Under the pieces are notes generated by a model that did not search any database, was not told the DNA's origin, and saw only the letters and a program-made list of their open reading frames with translations. Source: a virus. Taken from it: 45,619 bases of DNA. The stretch lies in IMG/VR virus record IMGVR_UViG_3300045988_128356. One strand, 5' to 3'. The stretch's first letter is position 1; the number at the start of each line of letters is the position of its first letter. A program made the translations under genes and the position numbers. Below are positions 15,194-25,051 of the stretch, one piece after another.

Positions 15194-17164
15194 ATGCATC
15201 ACCTTAGTATTGATATTGAGACAAGGAGCAGCGTTGACATCGGGAAAGCCGGAGCCTACAAGTACGCTCAGTCTCCAGATTTTGAAATCCTCCTGTTTGC
15301 GTACCAGCTGGATGATTACTCTGTGGAAATCACAGACCTTAAAAACGGGGAGGGCATTCCAATCGAAATTGTAGAGATGCTTGACGATCCGTCTGTTATC
15401 AAACACGCCTATAATGCAGCATTCGAATGGTACTGTCTTAATCGTGCCGGTTATGAGACTCCGGTCGACCAGTGGCGCTGTACCATGGCCCACGGCCTGT
15501 ACTGCGGATATACTGCCGGATTGGACGCCACAGGCAAGGCAATCGGCCTCCCGCAGGATAAACAGAAACTGACGACAGGCAGGGCTCTGATCCGGTACTT
15601 CTGTGTTCCGTGTAAGCCAACAAAAACCAATGGCGGCCGGATCTGGAATCAGCCGTGGCATGACACGGACAAGTGGAATCTGTTTAAAGAGTACTGCTGT
15701 CAGGACGTAGTCACGGAGCATGAGATTCTGAAACGGCTGGACTTGTTCCCAATGCCAGAAGAGGAAGAACGATTGTGGCAGATGGACATCCTGATGAATG
15801 CTTACGGTGTCCGGGTGGATACGGAGCTCATCGATGGGGCGCTGTATATCGATCAGATCAGCGCACAACGGTTGACTGATGAAGCCATAAAACTGACAGG
15901 CCTGGACAACCCGAACAGTACGGCGCAGCTGCTTAAGTGGCTGCAGGACAACGGAATTGAAACGGATAACTTAAGAAAAGAGACGGTGTCAGAGCTTCTG
16001 GACGGTATTAACCCGGAAAAGGTACAGCGCATGTTAGAGATCCGCCAGCAGTTAGGGAAGACCTCCATCAAGAAGTATGTGGCAATGGACACCGCCTGCG
16101 GGGAAGGGGACCGGGTACGGGGTCTTACGCAGTATTACGGAGCGAACAGGACCGGCCGATGGGCCGGCCGCCTGGTGCAGATGCAGAACCTTCCGCGCAA
16201 CTATCTCAAGACCCTGGACTATGCACGCAACCTCGTCAAGGCTAAGAATTATGACGGTGTGAAGATCCTTTACGGCAACGTACCGGATACGCTTTCTCAG
16301 CTGATCCGGACCGCGTTTATCCCTTCCTTCGGCCATAAGTTCGTGGTAGCGGATTTCAGCGCTATCGAGGCGCGGGTGATCGCATGGCTGGCCGGGGAGC
16401 AGTGGGTGAATGAGGTATTTGCCACCCACGGGAAGATCTACGAAGCGACGGCGTCCCAGATGTTCGGCGTACCGGTGGAGCGTATCACAAAGGGGAATCC
16501 GGAATACAGCCTGCGGCAGAAAGGCAAGGTTGCAACACTGGCCCTGGGATATCAGGGTGGTACTTCGGCGCTGATTGCCATGGGCGCCCTGCAGATGGGC
16601 CTGACAGAAGAGGAACTGCCGGATATCGTACAGCGGTGGCGACAGGCGAATCCCCGGATTAAGGGCCTGTGGTATGCGATAGAGAACGCGGCCCTTGCAG
16701 TCATGGAGACAGCACAGCCACAGGGGATCAACGGGCTGATCTTTGCGCTGGAGGGGGATCTGATCTATGGACAGTCTTTTCTTACCGTGCGGCTGCCGAG
16801 CGGCCGGAAACTCTTTTACCCAAAACCATTCCTAAAAGAAAACCGTTTTGAGAAAATGGCTGTCCACTACTATACGGTAGGTCAGCAGACACGAAAGTGG
16901 GAAGTCACCAGTACCTACGGCGGAAAAATGGTCGAAAATATCGTCCAGGCCATCGCCAGGGACTGTCTGGCGGTAACGCTGGAGCGGATCGCCGCTAAGG
17001 GTCTGCAGGTGGTCTTCCATGTGCATGACGAGGTGATCATTGACGCGCCGATGGAGACGACGGTGGAAGAGATCTGCGGTCTGATGGCGGAGCCGATCCC
17101 CTGGGCGCCGGGTCTGGTGCTGAAAGGCGCAGGATTTGAAAGCATGTATTATATGAAGGACTAG
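15194..17164 (+). CDS. Family A DNA polymerase with 3'-5' exonuclease domain
   Basis: Exo I SIDIETRS; motif A DFSAIEARVIAW; motif B RQKGKVATLALGYQGG; motif C HVHDEVIID. Confidence 0.9.
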   Translation: MHHLSIDIETRSSVDIGKAGAYKYAQSPDFEILLFAYQLDDYSVEITDLKNGEGIPIEIVEMLDDPSVIKHAYNAAFEWYCLNRAGYETPVDQWRCTMAHGLYCGYTAGLDATGKAIGLPQDKQKLTTGRALIRYFCVPCKPTKTNGGRIWNQPWHDTDKWNLFKEYCCQDVVTEHEILKRLDLFPMPEEEERLWQMDILMNAYGVRVDTELIDGALYIDQISAQRLTDEAIKLTGLDNPNSTAQLLKWLQDNGIETDNLRKETVSELLDGINPEKVQRMLEIRQQLGKTSIKKYVAMDTACGEGDRVRGLTQYYGANRTGRWAGRLVQMQNLPRNYLKTLDYARNLVKAKNYDGVKILYGNVPDTLSQLIRTAFIPSFGHKFVVADFSAIEARVIAWLAGEQWVNEVFATHGKIYEATASQMFGVPVERITKGNPEYSLRQKGKVATLALGYQGGTSALIAMGALQMGLTEEELPDIVQRWRQANPRIKGLWYAIENAALAVMETAQPQGINGLIFALEGDLIYGQSFLTVRLPSGRKLFYPKPFLKENRFEKMAVHYYTVGQQTRKWEVTSTYGGKMVENIVQAIARDCLAVTLERIAAKGLQVVFHVHDEVIIDAPMETTVEEICGLMAEPIPWAPGLVLKGAGFESMYYMKD

Positions 17165-17175
17165 GAGGGGAGAAC

Positions 17176-19572
17176 TTGCAGAATAACAGGAAGCTGCAGA
17201 TCAGCACGGCGGGGAGCCGGAAGTCGACATACTGGCCGCGGTGTGAGATCATGTGGTCCGAATTTACCGAAAAATTGAAAACTCCCATCCGGGGGACGGA
17301 GACCCTGGAACAGTATCTTGCATTACCGAAGGCCAGACAGGACGAACTGAAAGACGTGGGCGGTTTTGTGGGTGGAACATTTACAGGAGACCGCCGGAAA
17401 CCGGAATGTGCGGAAGGCCGGGATCTTTTAACACTGGATCTGGATAATATCCCTGCGGGGCAGGCGGACGATGTCCTGCGGCGCGTGAGCGGTCTCGGGT
17501 GTGCTGCAGCTGTTTACAGCACCCGGAAACATGCCGGATATGCTCCCAGGCTTCGGGTGATCGTTCCGACCGACCGGACAACCACGGCAGACGAATACGA
17601 GCCTGCGGTGCGGAAACTGGCGTCACTGATCGGTATTGAGTTCTGTGACCCGACAACCTTCGAAGTCAACAGGCTGATGTACTGGCCATCGTGCTGCATT
17701 GACAGCCAGTATATGTGTGAGGTGTACGATAACCTCTTCTGCAGCGTGGACGGTCTGCTGGGCATGTATGGTGACTGGAGAGATATCAGCCAGTGGCCGC
17801 AGGTGCCGGGAACAGAGGCGGTGGAGCGCCGCCGGCTGGCGAGACAGGAGGATCCCACGACCAAACGGGGCGTGATCGGCGCATTCTGCCGGACGTACAG
17901 CATCACACAGGCCATGGATCAGTTTATCCCGGGAATGTATGAGGAAACGGCTTCGTCTGGCCGGTATACCTATACCGGAGGAGAGACAACGGGCGGGGCG
18001 ATTATCTATGACGGTGATCTGTTCCTGTACTCTCACCATTCGCACGATCCGTGTTGCAATCAGTTAGTCAACGCCTTTGATCTGGTTCGGCTCCACATGT
18101 ACGGAGACCGTGACAAAGAGGCGAAGGAGGGTACACCAGTCAACAAGCTGCCGTCTTTCGTAGCCATGAGCAGGCTTGCAATGGACGATAAGGCTGTAGC
18201 TGATCTGATAGCCAAAGAGAAGCACGAGGCGGCTGTGGCGGCCTTTGCAGAGCCTACAGAGGGAGTTGGGCAGGAGGATTTAAGCTGGATCAGTCATCTG
18301 GCTGTGGACGGCAGCGGCAACTATCAGAAGACTGTAAATAATGTGATTATCGTGCTACAGAATGACCCTCTGCTGAAAGGGAAAATTGTGACAGATGAGT
18401 TTGCCAACAGGGGGCTGATCCTGGGCGAACTGCCGTGGAGCAAGGAGACAGGGAGGCGCCAGTGGAGTGATCCAGATGATGCGGGGTTCTTCTGGTATAT
18501 GGAAAATTTCTACCACATCGCCCAGCAGGACAAGCTGGACCGGGCCCTAACGATCGTAGGCGAACAGAACAAGATCAACGAGGTCAGGGATTACTTAAAG
18601 AGCCTCAAATGGGACGGCGTGAAACGGGTGGATACTCTGCTGTCGGTGTACTTAGGGGCGGAGGATACTGCTTATACCAGGGCCGTGATGCGGAAATCCC
18701 TGTGTGCGGCTGTGGCGAGAGCCATCGAGGGCGGCGTGAAGTATGATTATATGCCGATCTTTACAGGGCCGCAGGGAATCGGAAAGAGTACGTTTCTTAA
18801 CATACTGGGAAAGGCGTGGTTCTCCGATAGTTTGACGTCATTTGAGGGCAAGGAGGCCGCAGAGCTGATACAGGGTACATGGATCAATGAGGTCGGGGAG
18901 CTGACAGCCATGACGAGGCAGGAGACCTCAGCTGTTAAGCAGTTTTTAAGTAAACGGGAAGATATCTACAGGGCGGCATACGGCCGCAGGACGGAACGGT
19001 ACCCGAGGCGGTGCGTTTTCTTCGGTACGTCCAATGACAGCGAGTTTCTGAAGGACAACACCGGAAACCGCCGGTTCTGGCCCGTTGACGTTGGCGTACA
19101 TCCGGCAAAACGATCAGTCTGGCAGGAACTGCCGGAGGAGGTGGACCAGATATGGGCGGAAGCTTATATGTACTGGGTCCTGGGAGAAGCACTGTACCTG
19201 TCAAAAGATATTGAGGCCCTGGCGATCGAACAGCAGGAGAGTCATCGGGAAGCATCTGGAAAAGAAGGAATGATCCTGGATTTTCTGGAGAAGCTGATCC
19301 CTTCGAATTGGGACCAGATGGATCCTTTAAAGAGGAAAATGTACTGGCAGGGGACACTTCAGCTGCCGGAGGGAGCGCTGCTGGTTCCGAGGGAAAAAGT
19401 GTGTGCAGTAGAGATCTGGGTGGAGTGCTTTAACGGAGATCCGAGATATCTAAAACGAATGGACAGTACTGAGATCAATAATATTTTGTTGTCGGCGAAA
19501 GGCTGGAAAAGAAATAAAAATGTCAGGCGTTACGGTCCATATGGAGTACAAAAAGGATTTGAGAGGGCGTAA
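17176..19572 (+). CDS. Primase-helicase (VapE / D5-like P-loop NTPase with N-terminal primase-polymerase region)
   Basis: Walker A GPQGIGKST and ..RRFWPV... 798 aa; TTG start after ggagggg. Confidence 0.75.
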   Translation: MQNNRKLQISTAGSRKSTYWPRCEIMWSEFTEKLKTPIRGTETLEQYLALPKARQDELKDVGGFVGGTFTGDRRKPECAEGRDLLTLDLDNIPAGQADDVLRRVSGLGCAAAVYSTRKHAGYAPRLRVIVPTDRTTTADEYEPAVRKLASLIGIEFCDPTTFEVNRLMYWPSCCIDSQYMCEVYDNLFCSVDGLLGMYGDWRDISQWPQVPGTEAVERRRLARQEDPTTKRGVIGAFCRTYSITQAMDQFIPGMYEETASSGRYTYTGGETTGGAIIYDGDLFLYSHHSHDPCCNQLVNAFDLVRLHMYGDRDKEAKEGTPVNKLPSFVAMSRLAMDDKAVADLIAKEKHEAAVAAFAEPTEGVGQEDLSWISHLAVDGSGNYQKTVNNVIIVLQNDPLLKGKIVTDEFANRGLILGELPWSKETGRRQWSDPDDAGFFWYMENFYHIAQQDKLDRALTIVGEQNKINEVRDYLKSLKWDGVKRVDTLLSVYLGAEDTAYTRAVMRKSLCAAVARAIEGGVKYDYMPIFTGPQGIGKSTFLNILGKAWFSDSLTSFEGKEAAELIQGTWINEVGELTAMTRQETSAVKQFLSKREDIYRAAYGRRTERYPRRCVFFGTSNDSEFLKDNTGNRRFWPVDVGVHPAKRSVWQELPEEVDQIWAEAYMYWVLGEALYLSKDIEALAIEQQESHREASGKEGMILDFLEKLIPSNWDQMDPLKRKMYWQGTLQLPEGALLVPREKVCAVEIWVECFNGDPRYLKRMDSTEINNILLSAKGWKRNKNVRRYGPYGVQKGFERA

Positions 19573-19717
19573 ACCAACGTGTAACCAACAAAGTTTACGC
19601 GTAAACCACGAAGGTTTACATACAAAGTTTACATGTAAACCACAAGTTTACACATTAAGTTTACGCTAAAACCCTTATAAATACAGGGCTTTAATACTAA
19701 TGTAAACCATGTAAACC
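19569..19717. repeat. Iteron cluster, candidate replication origin
   Basis: GTAAACC at 19569, 19601, 19635, 19702, 19711 (GTAACC at 19581). GTTTAC at 19593, 19614, 19627, 19646, 19659. Includes palindromes gtttacgcgtaaac and gtttacatgtaaac. Confidence 0.6.
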
Positions 19718-19821
19718 AATTTTATATAGTAATAGTAAAAATAGGTAAATTAGGTAGATACGTGTACCGCCTGTGGCGCCTATATCAGGTGCCACATACA
19801 CGCGCGAGGAGGAAAGTTGCA

Positions 19822-20157
19822 ATGCTGGAAAAAGACATTGAAAAGATACTGGTGAACGAGGTTAAGAAGTTGGGCGGCCGGGCCTATAAGTGGGTGAGTC
19901 CCGGTAATGATGGAGTGCCAGACCGGATTGTAATCCTGCCGGGTATGCGCCCGGCATTCGTAGAACTGAAAACAGAAACCGGAAAATTGAGCGCACTGCA
20001 GAAAGTGCAGATTAAGCGCCTGCAGGATTTGGGGCAAAAAGTTGAGGTGTTGTACGGGCTGGAAGCAGTGAAAGATTTTTTGGAAGACTGCGAATTTAGA
20101 TTATCCATGAAGGAGCGGTGGAATGCATGTCGGTTACGCGGCGACGACGAGAATTAA
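19822..20157 (+). CDS. VRR-NUC domain nuclease
   Basis: ..GVPDRIVILPGMRPAFVELKTETGKLSALQ.. motif; RBS gaggaggaaag. Confidence 0.7.
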   Translation: MLEKDIEKILVNEVKKLGGRAYKWVSPGNDGVPDRIVILPGMRPAFVELKTETGKLSALQKVQIKRLQDLGQKVEVLYGLEAVKDFLEDCEFRLSMKERWNACRLRGDDEN

Positions 20158-20187
20158 GTTCAATTACCGGGGGAGGGGTGATACCAC

Positions 20188-21567
20188 ATGATATTCAAGC
20201 CACATGCCTATCAGCAGCACTGTATTGAGCAGATTCTGAAAGTTAAGAAGCTGGGCTTATTTTTAGATATGGGGCTGGGCAAGACTGTCACCACGCTGAC
20301 AGCCGTCAAGGAGCTTAAGTATAATCGTTTCCAGGTCCGCCGGGTTTTAATCATCGCCCCGAAGAAAGTGGCAGAGGGGACCTGGACGAAGGAGGCCGCG
20401 AAGTGGGACCACACGAAAATGCTTCGGGTATCTCCGGTACTGGGAAGCCAAACGAAGCGGATCCGGGCGCTTAACACACCCGCTGATCTTTATATCATTA
20501 ACCGAGAGAACGTGGTATGGCTGGTGGATTATTACCGGAATGCCTGGCCGTTTGACATGGTGGTGGTTGACGAGTCCAGCAGCTTTAAGAGTCACAGCGC
20601 GAAGCGTTTCAAAGCGTTGGCAAGCGTGGGAAGTTACATAGACCGTCTGGTGGAGTTGACCGGAACGCCTTCCCCTAACGGACTTGATGATCTGTGGGCC
20701 CAGGTATTTTTACTGGACGGCGGGGAACGTCTCGGGAAACGGTACACCCAGTTCCGTGAACGGTATTTTCAGCCGGACAAGCGCGGGGCCGACGGCATGA
20801 TCTACAGCTACGAAGTGAAACCTGGGAGTGAGGGTAGTATCCTGGAACGAATCTCCGATATCTGCATCAGCATGAAGGCAGAGGATTATCTACAACTGCC
20901 GGATATCACGTATCACGAGATCCCAGTGGAGCTGGACAGCAAGGCCAGTAAGGCCTATTACGAGTTGGAGCGTGAGATGGTTCTGGCCCTGCCGGAGGAC
21001 GAGGAGGAGATCAGCGTGACCAGCGCGGCAGCATTGAGCAATAAGCTTCTGCAGCTGGCAAATGGCGCCGTGTACGACGAGGACCACAGCGTCCATGAGG
21101 TTCACGGCTGCAAGGTTGAGGCCTTCATGGAGCTGATCGAATCCCTGCAGGGGAAACCGGCCCTGGTCTTCTACAACTTTCAGCATGACCGGACGCGGAT
21201 CCTGAAGGCCCTGGAAAAGACCGGACTCCGGGTGAGGGAGCTTAAGACAACACAGGACGAGGACGACTGGAATGCCAGGAAGATCGATATCCTGCTTACC
21301 CATCCGGCCAGCAGCGCCTACGGCCTTAATCTCCAGCAGGGAGGAAACCACGTCATCTGGTTCGGCCTGACATGGAACTATGAGTTATATACCCAGGCGA
21401 ATAAGCGCCTCCACCGTCAAGGCCAGGAGGAAAAGGTAATCATCCATCACCTGATCTGCAGCGGAACACGCGATGAGGACGTCATGGAAGCACTGAAACG
21501 AAAGGACGACGTGCAAAGCTGGGTAATGGAGAGTTTGAAAGCAAGGATAAGGAGGTACCGGAATTGA
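20188..21567 (+). CDS. SNF2/DEAD-like helicase
   Basis: ..DMGLGKT.., ..VVVDESSSFK.., ..QANKRLHRQGQ.. helicase motifs. Confidence 0.85.
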   Translation: MIFKPHAYQQHCIEQILKVKKLGLFLDMGLGKTVTTLTAVKELKYNRFQVRRVLIIAPKKVAEGTWTKEAAKWDHTKMLRVSPVLGSQTKRIRALNTPADLYIINRENVVWLVDYYRNAWPFDMVVVDESSSFKSHSAKRFKALASVGSYIDRLVELTGTPSPNGLDDLWAQVFLLDGGERLGKRYTQFRERYFQPDKRGADGMIYSYEVKPGSEGSILERISDICISMKAEDYLQLPDITYHEIPVELDSKASKAYYELEREMVLALPEDEEEISVTSAAALSNKLLQLANGAVYDEDHSVHEVHGCKVEAFMELIESLQGKPALVFYNFQHDRTRILKALEKTGLRVRELKTTQDEDDWNARKIDILLTHPASSAYGLNLQQGGNHVIWFGLTWNYELYTQANKRLHRQGQEEKVIIHHLICSGTRDEDVMEALKRKDDVQSWVMESLKARIRRYRN

Positions 21568-21977
21568 CGATTGAATTTCGTATCCCGAATGGGAGCATGA
21601 GGATATGTGCGGAGGAGTTTTTTGAAAACGCGGGTATCAGGCAGATCAGGAAAATGCTTGCCCTGTATCAGCGGTCAGAATCCCGCAATACTGAGCCGGA
21701 GGAGATCAAAGCCTGGCTGGAAGACCGGATAACAAAAGAGACGCAGCGGCAGAAAGAATATGATACAAAACGAAGGAATGCACAGGGAGAACTGCCGGCA
21801 ATGCAGGGAACCCTTCTGTGTCTGAAGTATGAGGGAACGAAGGAAGATATAGACCGTTTGAAAAAAGCAATTACCAGCTGTAAGGCAAGGATCCGAAATG
21901 CAATTAGTGGCGAGCATAAAGCCGTAAGATTGATAGAGAAAAATCAGAGTATCTTGTCAGAAATGAATGAAGTATAG
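21564..21977 (+). CDS. Hypothetical protein
   Basis: ORF coupled to the upstream gene (TTG start). Confidence 0.45.
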   Translation: MTIEFRIPNGSMRICAEEFFENAGIRQIRKMLALYQRSESRNTEPEEIKAWLEDRITKETQRQKEYDTKRRNAQGELPAMQGTLLCLKYEGTKEDIDRLKKAITSCKARIRNAISGEHKAVRLIEKNQSILSEMNEV

Positions 21978-22001
21978 CACTAAAGTATGAAAGGATAAAC
22001 A

Positions 22002-22169
22002 ATGGTGAAAGTAATTAGATACGGCCAGAAGCGCCGGATATTATGCGAGACATGCGGGGCGTTGTTAGAGTTCGAGAAAGACAACGTGAAAACTGTTCAG
22101 ACTGGCATGAATGAGTATGAACAGCAGATTGAGTGTCCGGCCTGCCACGAGATCGTGGAGGTAGATTAA
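22002..22169 (+). CDS. 55-aa zinc-ribbon protein
   Basis: CETCG..CPAC cysteine pairs; RBS aaagga. Below the ORF-track cutoff. Confidence 0.45.
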   Translation: MVKVIRYGQKRRILCETCGALLEFEKDNVKTVQTGMNEYEQQIECPACHEIVEVD

Positions 22170-22182
22170 GGAGGATAAAGAT

Positions 22183-22575
22183 ATGTACAGCACCAGACCA
22201 CAGCGAAAGACGCTTACAAAATTATGTCCATACTGCGGGAAAACCCGAACATATACATACCGTGATGGATACGATGAAGTGGATTACTGTACCGGACGCA
22301 GCCGGTATATACCGTCAAGTACAGTTGACGAGGGCTGCGATTGCATGTTAGGCAAGCTAAGTCACACCGCCAAAAAAATTCAGCTGAAGAAACAGTGTGC
22401 GAATTGTGTGTGGAATAAAAACGGGAGTTGTACCAACGAGCAGGAGCGGAACGACGTTTCGGTATTGTTTGGGATTACCGGCGATCTGATTATTAAAGAT
22501 GAATCGAAACGTTGCAGGCACTACGAACTATCGAAAGATATTTTTGATGCACTTATAGAATTTACAGAAAATTAA
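22183..22575 (+). CDS. Cys-rich hypothetical protein
   Basis: RBS aaggagg; multiple CxxC-like motifs. Confidence 0.5.
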   Translation: MYSTRPQRKTLTKLCPYCGKTRTYTYRDGYDEVDYCTGRSRYIPSSTVDEGCDCMLGKLSHTAKKIQLKKQCANCVWNKNGSCTNEQERNDVSVLFGITGDLIIKDESKRCRHYELSKDIFDALIEFTEN

Positions 22576-22594
22576 GATTTAAGAGAGGATTGAC

Positions 22595-22753
22595 ATGGAA
22601 GATGATGCTTTATATAAACAAGCCGTATTTGATGTAAAAGACCTTGTTGATTATGTTTTAAGCGAGTGCGACAATTTTGCGAATAGATATAACTATGATA
22701 AAGAATGGGTTAGAGAAAGGTTTCGAGAAGAATTTAATAAAAAGAAAAAATAA
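22595..22753 (+). CDS. 52-aa hypothetical protein
   Basis: RBS agagagga; open frame read by hand. Confidence 0.35.
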   Translation: MEDDALYKQAVFDVKDLVDYVLSECDNFANRYNYDKEWVRERFREEFNKKKK

Positions 22754-22809
22754 GCTAAACTGATATTTCCCGAACGAAAGGAGGCGGTTTATTGAGCCTT
22801 AAGGAAGAG

Positions 22810-22962
22810 ATGGCGAAGCACAGGAAATATGAGGACCTATTAAAAGATCAGTCACCTGAAAGAACGTGGTCCATGGACAAGCCAGCCTACTGCTACACAC
22901 CGGCGTGTCCGGATCCAAAGTTACGGGCGCCGATCTGGAGGAGGAACAAACATGGCATTTAG
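22810..22962 (+). CDS. 50-aa hypothetical protein
   Basis: RBS aaggaagag; overlaps the next start by 11 nt. Confidence 0.3.
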   Translation: MAKHRKYEDLLKDQSPERTWSMDKPAYCYTPACPDPKLRAPIWRRNKHGI

Positions 22963-23218
22963 CAAAACATATGCAGTATATGATCGCGGTGTCCTGCTGG
23001 GTCAGTACTATGCTGATGAGGTATCGGAACTTATCGGGATTCCACTGAGAAGAGTTTCGGCCTATGCGGCCAGCGGGGCCAGATTCTTAAGGCGGTATAC
23101 GATTGAGGCAGTGGACGATACTGAGCCAGGGTGGGCCGAGGAGTGGGATCGGGTAAGGCTTGAGAAACTGGCATGGTTAAGAGGAGGTGGAGCCAGTGGA
23201 GCAAAACAGTCCGGCTAA
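22952..23218 (+). CDS. Hypothetical protein
   Basis: ORF with RBS ggaggagg. Confidence 0.45.
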   Translation: MAFSKTYAVYDRGVLLGQYYADEVSELIGIPLRRVSAYAASGARFLRRYTIEAVDDTEPGWAEEWDRVRLEKLAWLRGGGASGAKQSG

Positions 23219-23576
23219 AGAACTGGAGAATTTTTTGAATTTCATAGACCAATGTGTCCAGGAATACAAGGCAGCTTATGAAAATGTGAACGAAGAGGAC
23301 CGGCGTCTGCAAGATCTGGTTCATGCAATGGAATTTGCAGTGGATAAGTCTGAGCGGAACCGGGTAGCGACGAAGCTTCAGCAGAGTCGGAAATACCGCA
23401 GGCAGAACAAAGATATTGTCAAGCGAAATGAGCGGATTGTAAAGTTCTTTGAGGAGCAGAAGAACCGGGACACGCTGAATCGGATGCGGCAGCTTCTGGG
23501 CCAGCAGAGGAAGGAAGAAGAGTACCTGGATGGGGAGCGTGTGTACAAGCCGCGGGTAGGAAAGGATAAGAAATGA
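23187..23576 (+). CDS. Hypothetical coiled-coil, basic protein
   Basis: ORF; GTG start at 23187 or 23196 after gaggagg. Confidence 0.45.
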   Translation: MEPVEQNSPAKELENFLNFIDQCVQEYKAAYENVNEEDRRLQDLVHAMEFAVDKSERNRVATKLQQSRKYRRQNKDIVKRNERIVKFFEEQKNRDTLNRMRQLLGQQRKEEEYLDGERVYKPRVGKDKK

Positions 23577-23998
23577 CAGCTAAGGACTATTTGAAAGAAA
23601 TCAGGAAAATAGATATATCCATAGATCAGAAACAGATCGAGTATGAAACTCTTAAGGGAAGCCGTACATATGTAGGAAGTATGGATTATTCTGCGGAACG
23701 GGTACAGACCTCGCCTGATGGATCGGGTTTTACTCGGATATCAGACCGGATAACTGACATGCAGCGAGAGATTAACGACGAGATAGACCAGTGGCACGAT
23801 ATGAGACATGAACGGATCGGGCAGATACAGCAGCTTTCAAAGGTGGAGTATGTGGATATACTGTTCAGAAAATATGTGCAGTATCAGTCATTAGAGACGA
23901 TCGCGGGAGATCTTGATAAGTCATATTACTGGACATGTCACCTTCATGGGGAAGCACTGCAAGAATTTGAAGAAAGATTTTTAAAAGTCAGCAACTAA
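23573..23998 (+). CDS. Putative late-gene transcription regulator (DUF1492 / sigma-70 region 4-like)
   Basis: N-terminal AKDYLKEIRKIDISI.. and C-terminal ..YVQYQSLETIAGDL.. resemble phage RinA/ArpU-class activators. Last gene before the packaging region. Confidence 0.4.
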   Translation: MTAKDYLKEIRKIDISIDQKQIEYETLKGSRTYVGSMDYSAERVQTSPDGSGFTRISDRITDMQREINDEIDQWHDMRHERIGQIQQLSKVEYVDILFRKYVQYQSLETIAGDLDKSYYWTCHLHGEALQEFEERFLKVSN

Positions 23999-24157
23999 CC
24001 GCAAGACTTATTTTGTCAAGTGTGCTATAATAGTACTGTAAAAAGTGTATCAATAAAACACAACCCTGACACGCTTTTTCGGCAAGGTCTAAAAGTTCTC
24101 CCTTAACAGACCTTTCAAAATCAATAAGGGCAATACCGGAGACGATCCGGTATATGT

Positions 24158-24226
24158 GGAGCATACCATCAATGGCAGATGGACAGGGTCGCGCCCTGGG
24201 TTCCGGTTCGATTCCGTGATGTTCCG
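24158..24226 (+). other. tRNA-like element (non-canonical; possibly a degenerate tRNA)
   Basis: Canonical T-arm tccgg-TTCGATT-ccgtg, a 7-bp acceptor pairing ggagcat/atgttcc, and D-arm catc-aatggca-gatg. The anticodon arm has a mismatch and the variable loop would be only 2 nt. Confidence 0.3.
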
Positions 24227-24389
24227 CTTAATTCTTCATAATCTGTTTCTCCTTTTGAAGAGTCCTTGCAGAGATGTGAGGGCTTTTCTTTTGCAAAAAA
24301 AATTTATACAGAGTATTAAAAGAGACATTTTTTGCAATACTTTTGGTGTATATTTATTTTCAAAATATATAGAAAAGGTTGACAAAGGG

Positions 24390-24398
24390 TGTTATAAT
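24390..24398 (+). promoter_or_regulatory. Extended -10 promoter element (TGtTATAAT) in front of the AT-rich two-gene moron
   Basis: tgttataat read directly; there is no well-spaced -35. Confidence 0.4.
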
Positions 24399-24468
24399 GA
24401 AGATGCAAAACAATGGAAACGAAGTAGAAAAGGAGAATTTAACACAGAAGAAACAAGGAGATGATGCT

Positions 24469-24639
24469 ATGAATAGCAGTGTATTAAGTTATACTAAGCT
24501 TGATTTGCACTCCCTTGGAAAGAAAAACGTCAAAATAGTGTCTTCTGAAGAAGCGCTAAAAGATGTAATCCCAATGAAATGGGAAGAAGATACAATACAG
24601 GGGAGAACGAAGGTAACAGTAACCAAAAGAAACAGTTAA
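24469..24639 (+). CDS. 56-aa protein, candidate antitoxin partner
   Basis: Strong RBS aaggag 7 nt before the ATG at 24469. The ORF is also open from 24379/24397, but that stretch overlaps the promoter. Confidence 0.4.
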   Translation: MNSSVLSYTKLDLHSLGKKNVKIVSSEEALKDVIPMKWEEDTIQGRTKVTVTKRNS

Positions 24640-24655
24640 GGAGTATTAACGTCAA

Positions 24656-25051
24656 ATGTGTAAAGTTGGAGATATCATAGTTGTTAGGAACTATTTAAGC
24701 CAGGGACAGACCATTAAAAGACATTCCTTTGTAGTGCTTAGTACAGAGCATGGAGAAATTCAGGGAATGGACTTTGATTTGGTTTGCAATGTTATGTCTT
24801 CTTTTCGTTCAGAAGAACAAAGAAAAAGGAAGATGGGATATCCGGGAAATTTTGAGTATCCGGCCGATGCCGAGAATATTAGAAATGGACATGGAAGATC
24901 AGGATACATAAAAGCTGAACAATTTTATTACTTTAACAGAGAGAAAACGGATTTTTATGTCCTCGGTAATGTAGAGCCAGAGCTGTTTAATGTTTTAATT
25001 GAGTTTATCAACCAACTTAAGGACATTGAGGTTATTACGGATAATTTATGA
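24656..25051 (+). CDS. Hypothetical protein with a PemK/MazF-like N-terminus (weak call)
   Basis: MCKVGDIIVVRNYLSQGQTIKRHSFVVLS resembles the GDI..V.F..G.E..K.RP.VV.S opening of PemK/MazF toxins. RBS aaggag; a hairpin and T-run follow at 25063..25090. Confidence 0.35.
   Translation: MCKVGDIIVVRNYLSQGQTIKRHSFVVLSTEHGEIQGMDFDLVCNVMSSFRSEEQRKRKMGYPGNFEYPADAENIRNGHGRSGYIKAEQFYYFNREKTDFYVLGNVEPELFNVLIEFINQLKDIEVITDNL

Noticed and set aside
14496-15868. 221- and 240-aa minus-strand ORFs opposite the DUF2815 and polymerase genes
   Set aside because: They are antisense to strongly motif-supported genes and are Arg/Cys/His-rich with no start signals. This is typical of open antisense frames in GC-rich coding DNA.
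19569-19717. Possible CRISPR array
   Set aside because: The repeat unit is only 6-7 bp, occurs in both orientations, and has irregular short spacing. This is iteron-like, not CRISPR. No CRISPR array is seen anywhere in the window.
24156-24464. 102-aa + strand ORF
   Set aside because: It starts inside the tRNA-like element and runs through the AT-rich promoter region. It has no RBS and odd composition.
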